This document shows, one piece after another, positions 24,566 through 35,300 of a stretch of DNA of 64,000 nt. Made by a program: the position numbers and the translations under genes. The DNA is taken from the NCBI GenBank assembly GCA_963823665.1, contig CAWGMQ010000006.1, forward strand, positions 1,088,001-1,152,000. Reading direction: 5' to 3'. How positions within the stretch are numbered: position 1 is the first letter of the stretch; each line of letters starts with the position of its first letter. Below the pieces are notes generated by a model. It worked only from the letters and a program-made list of their open reading frames with translations. It did no database searches and was not told the origin of the DNA. Source of the stretch: an uncultured Planctomycetota bacterium (GTDB lineage: Bacteria; Planctomycetota; Planctomycetia; Isosphaerales; Isosphaeraceae).

Positions 24566-26392
24566 TCACTTGGAAAGCTTGAAGGTGAGCTCGAGGGACG
24601 TCTTCTCGGGCTCGTCGCGCACGGCCATCCGGCCCGCGCCCAGGTAACGCAGCAAGTCCAGCCCTTTCGCGACCTCGGCCTCGGCTTTCTCCTTGGTCAG
24701 GCCTCGGCCCAGCATGAGCTGCATGGCCAGCCGCGCCTGGTTGAGCTCGAGCAGGCGGGCGAGCTCGGGGCCGTCGGCCTCGAGCACGGCCGTCTCACTC
24801 GACTCCCCTGAGAGCTTCCGTGCGGCATCCGGATTCTTCAGGTCCTTGATGAGTGCCCGCGCCAGGCCGGCGCTGGTGCTCAGGATGAAGTACTTGCCGA
24901 CTTGAGCGGCCGACGGGCTGACGTTATACCGCGCGTCGGGCGAGGTTGGCGCGGGAGAGTCGGATTTGGGCACCATGTATCGCGCGGTCGCCAGCGTGAC
25001 GCCGTCAACCTGTTCCGAGACCAGCTCAAACGGCGGTCCTTTCTTCTGCACAGCATCCACGTTCGAGAGACCGACGAACGTCTGGAACGCAACCTTGAGA
25101 CGCTGTGCGAAATCGGAATCGGGCTCGGTCAGCTCTGTCACGAACGCCAATCCCGGATACTTGACCTCCGGAACCGGCTTGATCGACTGATAATCCTGAG
25201 CGGCCACGACCAGCCGCCAGTGCGGCTCGAACGCGCCCAGCACGTCCGGCCCGAATTCACGAACGCCGAAGAACTGGCCGGCGAACGTGTCGAGCTGGGC
25301 GAAACCTTGCACGGTCTCGGGCGAGAACAGGTCGGCTTTCGATTCCCAGATCGCCGACCAGTTGCGCCAGAACGAAAGCGACCCGATCGTCCCCGGCGGC
25401 CGGATGATCGCGCCTGCGCCTTTTCCCGCGATCGGCAAATATCCCTTGAACGCCGGCGCTCGATCACCGGCCGGCTGCATGAAGTCGACGCTTGCGGCGA
25501 GCTCGGTGTCCGACCAGCGAATCGAGGCCGTCGCCCCGGTCGCCTTGCGAAACGCCTCGTACCAGGAGCCGAACAGCAGCGTGACGCCCGTATCGGGTGG
25601 ATTCTTGTAGCCAAACTTCGCGGGATCGATCTTGCGGAGGCGGTCGAGATCGACGTAAGACCATGCCAGGGCGTCCGGTTTCTGTTTATCACGGATCGCC
25701 TTCCAGCGCGGCGATGCGCCCAGGGCCGCGAGCGCGCCGTCGGCCTTGCCCGGCGCAGGAGCTTTGCCGGAGAGTGCGGCCATCTGGATGCCGCGGTCGA
25801 TCAGTTGCTCGATGTTCTTCACCGAGTTTGTCGCGAGCAGCTTGCCGTCGCCGATGCAATAGGCGAGCCCCTGCGGGCCGCCGAGCGCGGTGATCGTGAG
25901 CCCGCGATGAGTCGACTCAACGGCCGGGTCGGGGTTCCCCTTCTGCTGTGCGTCCTGGCGGGCGAGCTTCAGAAACACCTCGCTCGCTTTTGCGAGCAGC
26001 TCCGGTTTCTTGGCGGTGACGAGCACGTGGATCCGCGGGCTCTGGCCCGGAGATGCCTCGATCTCGGCCAGGACCCCTCCGCCGGTCAGATCGCGCAACC
26101 CCGCTTCCCAGGTCGTGTCAAGCTGCGACGCGATCACCCCCGCGACCCCGCGCAGGTCGGCAAGCTGCTTGCCGCTCGCGAATTTCTGGTATTGTGGAAG
26201 GAGGTTCAGATACCCCTGGATTCGCGGGTCGGTCAAGCGGTCGAGGAGACGCTCCGGATGCGGCAGCTCGAGGCAGACGACGGTCTCGGGCTCGGCGGTC
26301 TTGGCCGCGTCTTTCTTGTCGTCGGCGAGGACCGTCACGGCCACTGTGATCAATGCCGTTGCCGAGGCGCCCGAGAACAGCAGCCGCGCCAT
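24566..26392 (-). CDS. Exported hypothetical protein, probably first gene of the DUF1800/DUF1501 operon
   Basis: Long ORF. The ATG at 26392 gives a signal-peptide-like N-terminus (MARLLFSGASATALITVAVTVLA-DD); alternative start at 26485. Ends 28 bp before the DUF1800 gene. Confidence 0.75.
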   Translation of the reverse strand: MARLLFSGASATALITVAVTVLADDKKDAAKTAEPETVVCLELPHPERLLDRLTDPRIQGYLNLLPQYQKFASGKQLADLRGVAGVIASQLDTTWEAGLRDLTGGGVLAEIEASPGQSPRIHVLVTAKKPELLAKASEVFLKLARQDAQQKGNPDPAVESTHRGLTITALGGPQGLAYCIGDGKLLATNSVKNIEQLIDRGIQMAALSGKAPAPGKADGALAALGASPRWKAIRDKQKPDALAWSYVDLDRLRKIDPAKFGYKNPPDTGVTLLFGSWYEAFRKATGATASIRWSDTELAASVDFMQPAGDRAPAFKGYLPIAGKGAGAIIRPPGTIGSLSFWRNWSAIWESKADLFSPETVQGFAQLDTFAGQFFGVREFGPDVLGAFEPHWRLVVAAQDYQSIKPVPEVKYPGLAFVTELTEPDSDFAQRLKVAFQTFVGLSNVDAVQKKGPPFELVSEQVDGVTLATARYMVPKSDSPAPTSPDARYNVSPSAAQVGKYFILSTSAGLARALIKDLKNPDAARKLSGESSETAVLEADGPELARLLELNQARLAMQLMLGRGLTKEKAEAEVAKGLDLLRYLGAGRMAVRDEPEKTSLELTFKLSK

Positions 26393-26627
26393 TCCGTGCC
26401 GCGAGCGTCGAACCGAATCGAGAATGCGATCGGTCTCGCACGGCGTTTCGCCCACAACGGCCGCCCTGGCGCATCGTCTTCTCATCGTGGTGACCTGCCT
26501 TTCGAGTATCTAACCCAACTTACCCGATCGGATCGACCGAAGTCGCGGGGCGACTCCAGCAAGTCATTACCTCCGCTGGCGATGCCGGGTTTCGGTATTT
26601 TCAATATTCTCTTTAGACAGCCGCATC

Positions 26628-29600
26628 TCAAGACAGGAGAAGACTTGCCAGCTTCGGGCGCAACGCGTCCGGGATCGGCACACCCACGCGCAGCGCGGCA
26701 ACCAGAGCGTCGCGCGCCTCGTACTCGCTGGCCGTGGGCGCGTTTTGGGTGGTGTTGGGGCTAACCCATGAATCCGGGCCTGCGTCCTCAGCGCTCAGAT
26801 CGGCTAGCGCAAGGTCGATGAGAGACGAGCTCGCCGCGGCTCCGGCACCACTAACCGCCAGCTCATCGACGACAACCGCCGCGCTCGGCTGGGCACCCGT
26901 GCTCTCGGTGAGCTTTGCGTCAGGCGCATAGATTTCACCGGTGATCCCCGAGGCATTCCCGTTGATCGAGAGCGTGCTCGAATTGCCATGCGGCTGGAAA
27001 AGCACCACTCCCGCGTACATTCCGGTCGACATCGGGCTCAAGCTAAACGTCCCGGCTCCTCCGAGCGCGATGCTGCCGTAGCTTCCCCCCTGGCTGGGAT
27101 ACTTGCTTCCGGCATTGACGATCATCACGCCGGCCCCGTTCACGCTCGCGTTTGCCGAGACCGAGAAGCCACCCCCTTCGATGATGTACACGCCGCTGCT
27201 CAGCGTGAGCTTGGCATTTCCCGAGACGGCGATCTGGGTGTAGATGCCGGGTTGAATGGTCGCCGCTGAATTGCCGGAGAGCCGCTCGCTACCGCGGTTT
27301 TGCATACCCACTGTGCTCGGCAGCGCCAGTGCGGCGAGCGGGTCGGCAAGGATCGTCGCGCCGGTGATCGGCTTGGGGGTGAGGCTTGCGCTGCCGCTCT
27401 TCTGGACGTTGCCGTGCACATCGATGGCCGCGGCTTTGATCTGCGCGCTGCCGCTGGCCGAAAGTGCCGAAGACGAGCTGGAATCGACATAGATCGCACC
27501 GGGAACCTGAAGTCGGGCGCTGCCCGATGCGCTGAGTGCACCTGAAGCCGAGGGGTCGAGCACGATGATCGACGGGTTCACCGTGGCGGTGTACGCCGCG
27601 GCGCTTTTGAGGAAGTTAGCGTCGCCGCTATATCTGGCCGCAATCATGTTGGTGCCGACGGGCAGCGAAGATGTCTTGAGCGCAGCGACTCCGTGCGCGA
27701 TCCCGACCGTGCCGAGATCGATACCGGTCGTGGCGTCGAAGAAATCGACGCTGCCGGTGGGAGTGCCCGAACCCGGTGGGTCGGCAACGAGCTTCGCGGT
27801 AAACGTGACCGCCAGGCCGAATGACGACGGATTTGCGGATGACGTCAACTGAATGCTGGCGCCGTCGCGATTGACGGTTTGCGAGAGCGAATCCATGCTC
27901 GTGATGAAGCTGCTGTCACCGAGATATGTCGCCTGGATCACGTGGTTGCCCACAGCCAGCGCGGATGTGCTCAGGGTGGCCTTGCCGCCACTGAGCGACA
28001 TCGCACCGAGATCCGTGCTCGTGGTCGTGTCGAAGAAGTCCACGCTGCCGCCCGGCGTGCCGGTTCCGGATGTGTTTGAGCTGACGGTCGCCGTGAACGT
28101 CACAGGCTGTCCGCTGACAGACGGGTTCGCCGAGCTGGTGAGCAACGTCGTCGTGGCCGCTGCGGCCGCTTGAGTCTCGTAAGCACCGATATCAACGCGG
28201 CCGTTGCTGATCCGCGGGAAGCCCGGACCGCGCTGGTCGGTGGCCAGCGGCTGGCCCGTGGTCGGGTCGATGGCGATCAGCGCGTTGCTGCCCGCGTCGA
28301 TGGCGGGGCTGCCCGCAACCAGCTTGATCGTTTCGGTCGGCCCGCCGTTGTTTTGCAGTCCGTTGGGATCGAGCCCCGAATCGACGACGACGAGGTTGTT
28401 CGAACCGGAGAGAGTAGCGGTGGGTGCGTTCTGAAACAGGCAGTAATTCGCGATTCCCGTGCCGGCATAATCGTCGGTGCCGTTTTCGGCGAAGATCGAG
28501 TTTCGGGAGACCACCGTCGCGATGCCGGTCTGATCGACGCCGTCGCCTACGCCACTCGCGCTATTGAGCGCGACGGTGGAGTCGTCGATGTTCATTATCC
28601 CCGCGGTCAGGTACAAGCCGCCGCCGCCAACAGTTCCGGTAGATCCACTGCTGCCCGCCCCGACACGCGAACCGGAGGTGCCCGACCGGCCGCGATAGCC
28701 GGAGGAACCGGATGGACCGCGCGTTCCGCCGGGGTTTACACCGGGTGCCCCCGGCGGACCGCCGCTACCACCTTCGCCTCCCCGGCCGGCGACTGCCATT
28801 CCGAGCTGCACCGGCCCTGGCGAACCCCCGGAGACCGAATTATCTGCGACCGTGACGTTCTCGAGAGTCACCGTCCCGCCAACTTGATAAAGACCGCCTC
28901 CCACCGCCGTTCCGCCGTTGCCGCTGACTCCTGCGGCACCGGCCGTGCCGCCCCTGCCACCGCTGCCACCGTTGCCTCCACGGCCGCCGGGCCCCGGGCC
29001 GGAACCACTGCCGCCGTTGCCACCCACGCCGCCATGGCCACCCCGCCCGCCGGTTCCACCGGTGCCTCCAATGCCGCCGATCCCTCCGTTGCCGCCGATT
29101 GCTTCGTTATTCTGAAGACTGCTATCAACGACAGTGACGGACCCCCCCAGGATGAACACGGCGCCCCCTTGCCCCGCGCCGCCCTGGCCTCCGGTGCCTC
29201 CCGTTCCGCCGGTTCCGCCGGTGTTGCCGTTGCCTCCCTCGCCGCCGTTTCCGCCGCTACCGCCGCGGATGCCAGTTGATACCGGTGCACCGTTGCCTCC
29301 CGTTCCGCCCTGGCCCCCGGTTCCACCGCGACCCCCTTTCGCGCCCTTCGCCCCGGCGCCGCCCCGGCCGCCCTGCACCTTGTCAGAATCAAAAACAACG
29401 TCGACGAGCGTAACCGTTCCGCCGCCGACACCCAGCCCGCCCCCTGCTCCGATTCCAGCCCCGAACCCCGCGTGACCGGTTGGCCCATGTGGCCCCCGTC
29501 CGCCGATGCCGCCGGCTTGTCCCGTTTTTCCGCGACCGGCTCCGATTGTCCCGGTTGTCTTCCCGTAAGACGTCCCCCTGATTCCTGTGCCGGTCGACCC

Positions 29601-30569
29601 ACCTTGCGTGCCGTTTTCCGCCTGGCCGCCAAAAGCAGCATTATCCGTGATCGTTGTCGAGTTAACGGTCAGCGATCCGCCAGAAACGAAAATCCCACCA
29701 CCTTCGCCGATTCCTGCAACACCCCGGCCGCCAGGCTGGGGGCCGACAGAGGTGCCGGTGCTCTGTCCATATCCACCCTGGGCGGTGTCGTGGCTCACGA
29801 CATCGTTGTTCATAATGACGCTGCCGCCTGCCACGTAGAGCCCGCCGCCATGCGCATAGGAATCGGCGAATCCCTCGGCATAATTCCCCGTGAACGCGTC
29901 ATTGGTGAACGTCGCATCCCCGCCACCGACATACACCGCCGCACCATCTGTGGATTGGTTCTGCGTCAATGTGCTGCCCGAGACCGACAGCGAGCCGTTG
30001 TTCGCGATGCCGCCGCCGTTCGATTCCGCGAAATTATGGGAAATCGTGCAGTCGGTGACCGTCAAGTTGCCACTATTGTTGATTCCCCCGCCGATCGTTG
30101 TGTTGCCGCCAGAGATCGTGAGTCCCATGAGGCTCGCTGTTACACCCGAATTCACGCTGAACACGCTGAACACGCTGAACACGCTGCCGTTGTGATTTGC
30201 GCCGATTGTCACCAGGCTCGCACCTGGCCCTGCGATCGTCTCTTCCCCGGGTGTTTCCGAAAGCGTAAGTGAGGATCCGAGTGTAATCACCTGAGGCGTC
30301 GAGAAGACTGTCGGGTCAAACTGAATCTCGCTCCCAGCCGGATCCGAGTTCGCATTTGCCAGACCGACAACATAGCGCAAATCACCCGCGTCAGGACCCG
30401 TGGACGCGCCGCTATCGCTCGTGAGATCAACGGTAAAAATCGTCGCGAGAAGCGTCCGATTCTCGAGGTCGTCGAAGGATCGGGATGCTCGTCGCGGGCG
30501 GTTACTCGGGCGCCCTTTCGCGCGAACGGCCAGAAGCGTGGAGAGTTGAGCATAGAGTTTTGACGCCAT
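26628..30569 (-). CDS. Exported Gly-rich beta-helix protein with choice-of-anchor-Q-like motif, two Ig-like (Big_3-type) domains and a C-terminal domain
   Basis: N-terminal SFDDLENRTLL motif, GGGI.N repeats, PGRS-like GGxGGxGG tract, GGPTETI..GSPAIDAG..DQRG..VDIGAYE, two SSANPS..G..VTFTA..GSVDFFD..Y.GD repeats. Confidence 0.85.
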   Translation of the reverse strand: MASKLYAQLSTLLAVRAKGRPSNRPRRASRSFDDLENRTLLATIFTVDLTSDSGASTGPDAGDLRYVVGLANANSDPAGSEIQFDPTVFSTPQVITLGSSLTLSETPGEETIAGPGASLVTIGANHNGSVFSVFSVFSVNSGVTASLMGLTISGGNTTIGGGINNSGNLTVTDCTISHNFAESNGGGIANNGSLSVSGSTLTQNQSTDGAAVYVGGGDATFTNDAFTGNYAEGFADSYAHGGGLYVAGGSVIMNNDVVSHDTAQGGYGQSTGTSVGPQPGGRGVAGIGEGGGIFVSGGSLTVNSTTITDNAAFGGQAENGTQGGSTGTGIRGTSYGKTTGTIGAGRGKTGQAGGIGGRGPHGPTGHAGFGAGIGAGGGLGVGGGTVTLVDVVFDSDKVQGGRGGAGAKGAKGGRGGTGGQGGTGGNGAPVSTGIRGGSGGNGGEGGNGNTGGTGGTGGTGGQGGAGQGGAVFILGGSVTVVDSSLQNNEAIGGNGGIGGIGGTGGTGGRGGHGGVGGNGGSGSGPGPGGRGGNGGSGGRGGTAGAAGVSGNGGTAVGGGLYQVGGTVTLENVTVADNSVSGGSPGPVQLGMAVAGRGGEGGSGGPPGAPGVNPGGTRGPSGSSGYRGRSGTSGSRVGAGSSGSTGTVGGGGLYLTAGIMNIDDSTVALNSASGVGDGVDQTGIATVVSRNSIFAENGTDDYAGTGIANYCLFQNAPTATLSGSNNLVVVDSGLDPNGLQNNGGPTETIKLVAGSPAIDAGSNALIAIDPTTGQPLATDQRGPGFPRISNGRVDIGAYETQAAAAATTTLLTSSANPSVSGQPVTFTATVSSNTSGTGTPGGSVDFFDTTTSTDLGAMSLSGGKATLSTSALAVGNHVIQATYLGDSSFITSMDSLSQTVNRDGASIQLTSSANPSSFGLAVTFTAKLVADPPGSGTPTGSVDFFDATTGIDLGTVGIAHGVAALKTSSLPVGTNMIAARYSGDANFLKSAAAYTATVNPSIIVLDPSASGALSASGSARLQVPGAIYVDSSSSSALSASGSAQIKAAAIDVHGNVQKSGSASLTPKPITGATILADPLAALALPSTVGMQNRGSERLSGNSAATIQPGIYTQIAVSGNAKLTLSSGVYIIEGGGFSVSANASVNGAGVMIVNAGSKYPSQGGSYGSIALGGAGTFSLSPMSTGMYAGVVLFQPHGNSSTLSINGNASGITGEIYAPDAKLTESTGAQPSAAVVVDELAVSGAGAAASSSLIDLALADLSAEDAGPDSWVSPNTTQNAPTASEYEARDALVAALRVGVPIPDALRPKLASLLLS
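30153..30186. repeat. In-frame 9-bp tandem repeat (CACGCTGAA)x3.8, encoding SVF repeats
   Basis: Exact copies start at 30153, 30162 and 30171, with a partial copy at 30180. Confidence 0.9.
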
Positions 30570-30677
30570 CGGATGATGCTCCTCGAAGTGTATGCCAGTT
30601 GCGCCGACTTGATGCGCAAGCGCACGGATAGGGAACTTGCTGTCGATCGACAGTGATTTCTAAGCGAACGCCTTTGT

Positions 30678-30699
30678 TTCGCCCTTCGCTCCGCGAAAG
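30678..30699. repeat. REP-like hairpin, family CTTTCGC-GGA-GCGAAAG
   Basis: 20/22 match to the reverse complement of 44457-44478; intergenic. Confidence 0.7.
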
Positions 30700-31151
30700 G
30701 CAACTTCCGTCAGTGCCGGGAGAAATGACAGCCGGGCCGATGCAGGCGCGACAAGATCAAGACCGCTGACAAGTGAATCTGTCCAAAGCATTCGACCCGG
30801 GAGGTCGTAACTTACGGCACCGACCTCCCAGCGTTCCTGCCGTGACCTTCCGGCCCGGTGATCGTCATGCCAGCCAGGCTGAAAGAATTGCGTGACCCCA
30901 CCGGAACGTGCACTCCGCTCCAGACAGCGAGCATCACCATACAGGGCGCGAGCGGTCGCGCCAAGTGCGTAGAGTTCGGGTCCCTCGCACGTTTCAGTCG
31001 CACCAATGCTAGCAGTGTGCCGGCGGTGTCTGCCGATCGGATGACGTTGGCTTGGCGGCAGCAGACGAAGTCTCCGTCGTGATCGAAGGCCGTGAGGTTG
31101 GACGAATCAGCGTGGCCGAGATCCTGCCGTAGAGTTGCGCGCGAATTCGGG

Positions 31152-31931
31152 TCACCCGGATTTCTGTCGAACCGCAGCCACGGTTTCTCTGGCCGCTCGC
31201 AGCAAAAGCGAGCAGTCGCCGCCCATCGCCAGCCATTGCACGCCGCGGGCGATCCAGTCGGCGAGCTGGTCGGGGTCGTCGCCGATGCCTATGCCGACGG
31301 GTATGCCTGCCTTACGTGCTTTGACAATGACGGATTCGATCGCCTTGAGCACGTCCGGATGCCTGGGCTGGCCCATCAGTCCCATCGAGCCCGCCAGGTC
31401 GTTGGGGCCGAAGACGATGCTCGCCAGCCGGGGAATGGCGAGGATCTCTTCGATGCTTTCGACGGCCTCGATGTGCTCGATCTGAACGATCGGCATGATG
31501 CTCGCGTTGGCTGCGCGGCAGAATTCCGGGCCGCCCAGCGCGCCGTAGTTCGACGCCCGGCGCGGGCCGAACCCGCGAATTCCCTCCGGTGGGTACAGGC
31601 AGGCCGCGACCGCGCGGCGCGCCTCGTCCGCCGAGCGGACGAGCGGAACGATGATGCCCGGTGCCCCGATGTCGAGGACAGGCTTGATCAAGACCGGGTC
31701 ATTCCACGGAACGCGAACCAGGGCCGTCGTGTCGCTCCCCTTCGTTGCCATCAGATGCGCCTGCACCGTCTCGAGCGACAGTGCGTTGTGCTCCATGTCG
31801 ATCCAGACGAAGTCGAGCACCTGGCACAACAGCTCCGTGACCGTTGCATCGGTAAATGTGATGACCGTACCCAGGCAGGTTTGGCCGGCTGCCAGCTTGG
31901 CGCGGAATCCGTCGGTATGCGGCAAGAGCAT
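31152..31931 (-). CDS. HpcH/HpaI class II pyruvate aldolase family protein
   Basis: FVWIDMEHN, LVRVPWND, YPPEGIRGFGP, QIEH and FGPNDL..SMG motifs; start MLLPH at 31931 chosen over the longer ORF. Confidence 0.9.
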   Translation of the reverse strand: MLLPHTDGFRAKLAAGQTCLGTVITFTDATVTELLCQVLDFVWIDMEHNALSLETVQAHLMATKGSDTTALVRVPWNDPVLIKPVLDIGAPGIIVPLVRSADEARRAVAACLYPPEGIRGFGPRRASNYGALGGPEFCRAANASIMPIVQIEHIEAVESIEEILAIPRLASIVFGPNDLAGSMGLMGQPRHPDVLKAIESVIVKARKAGIPVGIGIGDDPDQLADWIARGVQWLAMGGDCSLLLRAARETVAAVRQKSG

Positions 31932-32065
31932 CGGCTTGGCTCCGAAGAAAGCTTGCGCCAGGATACGGAGCCCCGTCGTCGGGTGCAAGCGAACGCCCGC
32001 CGGGCCGCCGCCGTCGCTCGCAGGTTTCCTCGTTCCTGCGAAGAATCGTTCAAGGCTCGTGCGGC

Positions 32066-32229
32066 TCAGACTTGAAACACACCTGGGTCGACTCGGAAAT
32101 ACCGCGCGAGCGATGTGATTTGCTTGCGGTTGAGTTCTCCTTGCCGTGGAGCACCTCGGAAATTGTCGACATTGATATGCCAACTTCCGCGGAGAGCTTG
32201 GACTGCGTAACGCCGCTCGAGTCGATCAT
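32066..32229 (-). pseudogene. HigA-like HTH antitoxin remnant
   Basis: MIDSSGVTQSKLSAEVGISMSTISEVLHGK joins ELNRKQITSLARYFRVDPGVF across a 1-bp deletion near 32139. The N-terminus is eroded and no toxin gene is adjacent. Confidence 0.65.
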
Positions 32230-32329
32230 GGGCGTCATCGGAGTACTTCGTTGAAGCTTGGCGCACACTCGCGGAGTAGAATGGGTTGCTGTTGCCGTTC
32301 ACCAAACCTCTGACACAGAAAGGGCGAAG

Positions 32330-35300
32330 ATGCCACCCGTCGGTGCCAGCCGTAACCTGCTGTTCGGGCTACTCGCTCTGCAGAATAACTTTATCGATCG
32401 CGATGCCCTGCTCGACGCCTTCAATCGCTGGGTTCACGATAAAGTGCGCCCGCTCGGTGAAATCCTCGTGGATCGAGGTGCACTTGCGCCGGATGAATTC
32501 GCGCTTCTGGGTGCGCTCGTCGCCAAGCACCTCGAGAAGTTCGACAACGATCCCCAGAAAAGCCTGGCCGCCCTCAGCTCGATCGGCTCGGCGCGGCAGG
32601 ACCTTTCTCGCGTCGCCGATCAAGATGTCCAGGCCAGCCTGGGCTATGTTTCGGCCGCGCGGCACGGCCGGGAGGACGAGTCGGCGCAGAGTCCCGCTCC
32701 GACCGTTGTTGGTGGCTCGACTTCGGCCGGAACCCGCTTCGTTGTTCTACGGCCTCACGCCAAGGGAGGTCTGGGTCAGGTCTTCGTTGCTCGGGACACG
32801 GAGTTAAACCGAGAGGTTGCTCTCAAGGAAATTCAGGCTCAGTTTGCCTTCGAGCCGCAATTCCGCTCGCGATTCGAGTTCGAGGCCGAGGTGACCGGGG
32901 GACTTGAGCATCCAGGAATTGTGCCTGTTTACGGTTTGGGCCACCTACCCGATGGTCGTCCCTTCTACGCGATGCGTTTCATCAAGGGGAATAATCTCCA
33001 AGAGGCAATTGCACGGTTCCACGAAGCAGAGAAGCAGCCCAGGCGCGACCCTGGCCGGAGTAGTTTGGACCTACGTGAGCTGCTGGGCCGATTCATTGAC
33101 GTTTGCGACGCCATCGCGTATGCGCACAGCCGGGGAGTGCTGCACCGTGACCTCAAGCCGGGCAATATCATGCTGGGGAAGTATGGCGAGACCCTGGTTG
33201 TCGACTGGGGTCTGGCGAAGGCCGTCGGGCAATCCGAGCCTGAGAGTGCGATGGAACGACCGGAGCTGCCGCTGAAGCCGACGTCCGGAAGTGCGCTCGA
33301 GGGGACATTGGCCGGCTCGGCGATTGGCACTCCCGCCTACATGAGCCCGGAGCAGGCCGAGGGGCGGATGGACCTGCTTGGGCCACGGAGCGACGTCTAC
33401 TGTCTGGGAGCGACGCTCTATCATCTGTTGACTGGGCGTGCGCCGACCAACGCGGAACAAGGTGCCGATGTTGAACAAAGAGCCCTTTCGGGCGATATTC
33501 CTCGGCCGCGCTCGATCAACCCAGGCGTGGCGCTGGCACTGGAGGCAATTTGCCTGAAGGCGATGGCCGCGAAGCCTCCTAACCGCTACGAATCCGTGCA
33601 GACCCTCAAGTCTGACCTTGAGCGTTGGCTTGCTGACGAGCCTGTAGTGGCCTATCCGGAGCCGTGGTCAGACCGCTTGGCGCGCTGGGGGCGGAAGCAT
33701 CAGACCCTTGTGACGAGCGCGGCCGTGATGCTGCTCATGGCCGCGTGCGCGGCAGCGCTCGTTGCTGCTCAGCGGAATTCCCACGCCCGCGACATCGAGC
33801 GTAAGAACGTCGACCTTGCGAGCGCCAATACTGCGCTCGAGGCAGAGCGCAAGAAGGCGACCGAGGGTGAACAACTGGCTGTCGACGCCGTGAAGCGGTT
33901 CCGCGACGCCGTGATTGAAGAGCCGCAATTGAAGAATAACCCGGTACTTCTGGACCTACGCAAGCGGTTGTTAAAGGAGCCGTTGGCCTTTTTTCGGAGC
34001 CTCCGCGAGCGGCTTCAGGCAGAGCATGACACTCGCACCGAATCGCTGGCTCGGCTCGCCGAGGCAAGCTATGCACTGGGAGATCTGATCTACGAGATCG
34101 GCGACAGGCGGGATGCAATGATCGCTTTTGCGGAATCCCTGGCGATCCGGGAAAAGCTGGCTGGGGCCGACCTTTCCGTCATCGAGTATCAGAGCGACCT
34201 GGCGAGAAGCCACAACGCTATCGGCATCGCGCTGAATGAGTCTGGGAAACCGGCCGATGCCCTGAAGTCGTTCAAGGCGGCGCTGGCCGTTCAGACGAAG
34301 CTGGCTGACGCCAACCCATCCGTCAGCAAGTTTCAGAGCGATCTGGCGCTGAGCCACAACAATATTGGCTTACTGCTGAGTGAAACCGGGAAACCGGCCG
34401 ACGCCCTGAAGTCCGATCGGGCAGCGCTGGCGATTTGGACGAAGCTGGCTGACGCCAGCCCCTCCGTCAGCGACTTTCAGCGCAATCTTGCGACAAGCCA
34501 CAACGATATCGGCATCCTCCTGATGCAGACCGGGAAACCGGCAGACGCCCTGAAGTCCTATCAGGCAGCGCTGGCGATTCAGAGGACGCTTGCTGACGCC
34601 AACCCTGCCGTCCGCGAGTTTCGGAGCGATCTGGCGGGAAGCTACGGCAATATGGGCAACCTGCTAAAAGACACCGGGAGATGGGCCGATGCCCTGAAGA
34701 GTTATGAGGCAGCGCTGGCGATTGAGACGAAGCTGGCTGGCGCCAACCCCTCCGTCAGCGACTTTCAGCGCGTTCTGGCAACACTCCATCACAATATCGG
34801 CAGTCTTCAGATTGACGCCGGGAAACCGTCGGACGCCGCGAAGTCCTATCGCGAAGCGCTGGCGATTCGGGCGAAGCTTGCTGACGCCAGCCCGTCCGTC
34901 AACGTATTTCAGCGCGATCTGGGGAGAAGCCACTATAATATCGGCCTCGTCCTGCGTCTCACGGGGAAACCGGCCGACGCGCTGAAGTCCTATGAAACAG
35001 CGCTGGCAACTCAGAAGAAGCTCGCTGACGCCACCCCCTCCGTCACCGAGTTTCAGAGCGATCTAGCGAGAAGCCATCAAGAATCCGGCATGGTATTGGT
35101 GTCCATTGGGCGAACCGCCAACGCGCTGAAGTCCTATCAGGCAGCGCTCGCGATTCGGAGAAAGCTGGTGCGAGAGCACCCGGAATCGGCCGAGTTCGCG
35201 AGCGACCTGGGCGCAACCTTCAACAATCTCGCTCTCATCGACATGAATGCAAAACGCTTCGTTCCGGCCCGTGACGGGCTGCAAAATGCGGTTGGATACC

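Noticed and set aside
24902..26764. 620-aa plus-strand ORF, and similar long ORFs 45629..47332, 54848..56506, 60158..61708
   Set aside because: Each lies antisense to a better-supported gene and has Arg-rich shadow composition
28600..29800. Mycobacterial PE-PGRS gene or collagen
   Set aside because: No PE domain and no sustained Gly-X-Y collagen pattern; the tract is embedded in a planctomycete-type exported protein
34100..35250. CRISPR-like periodic repeats
   Set aside because: The 144-bp period is in-frame protein repeat coding; no unique spacers and no cas genes
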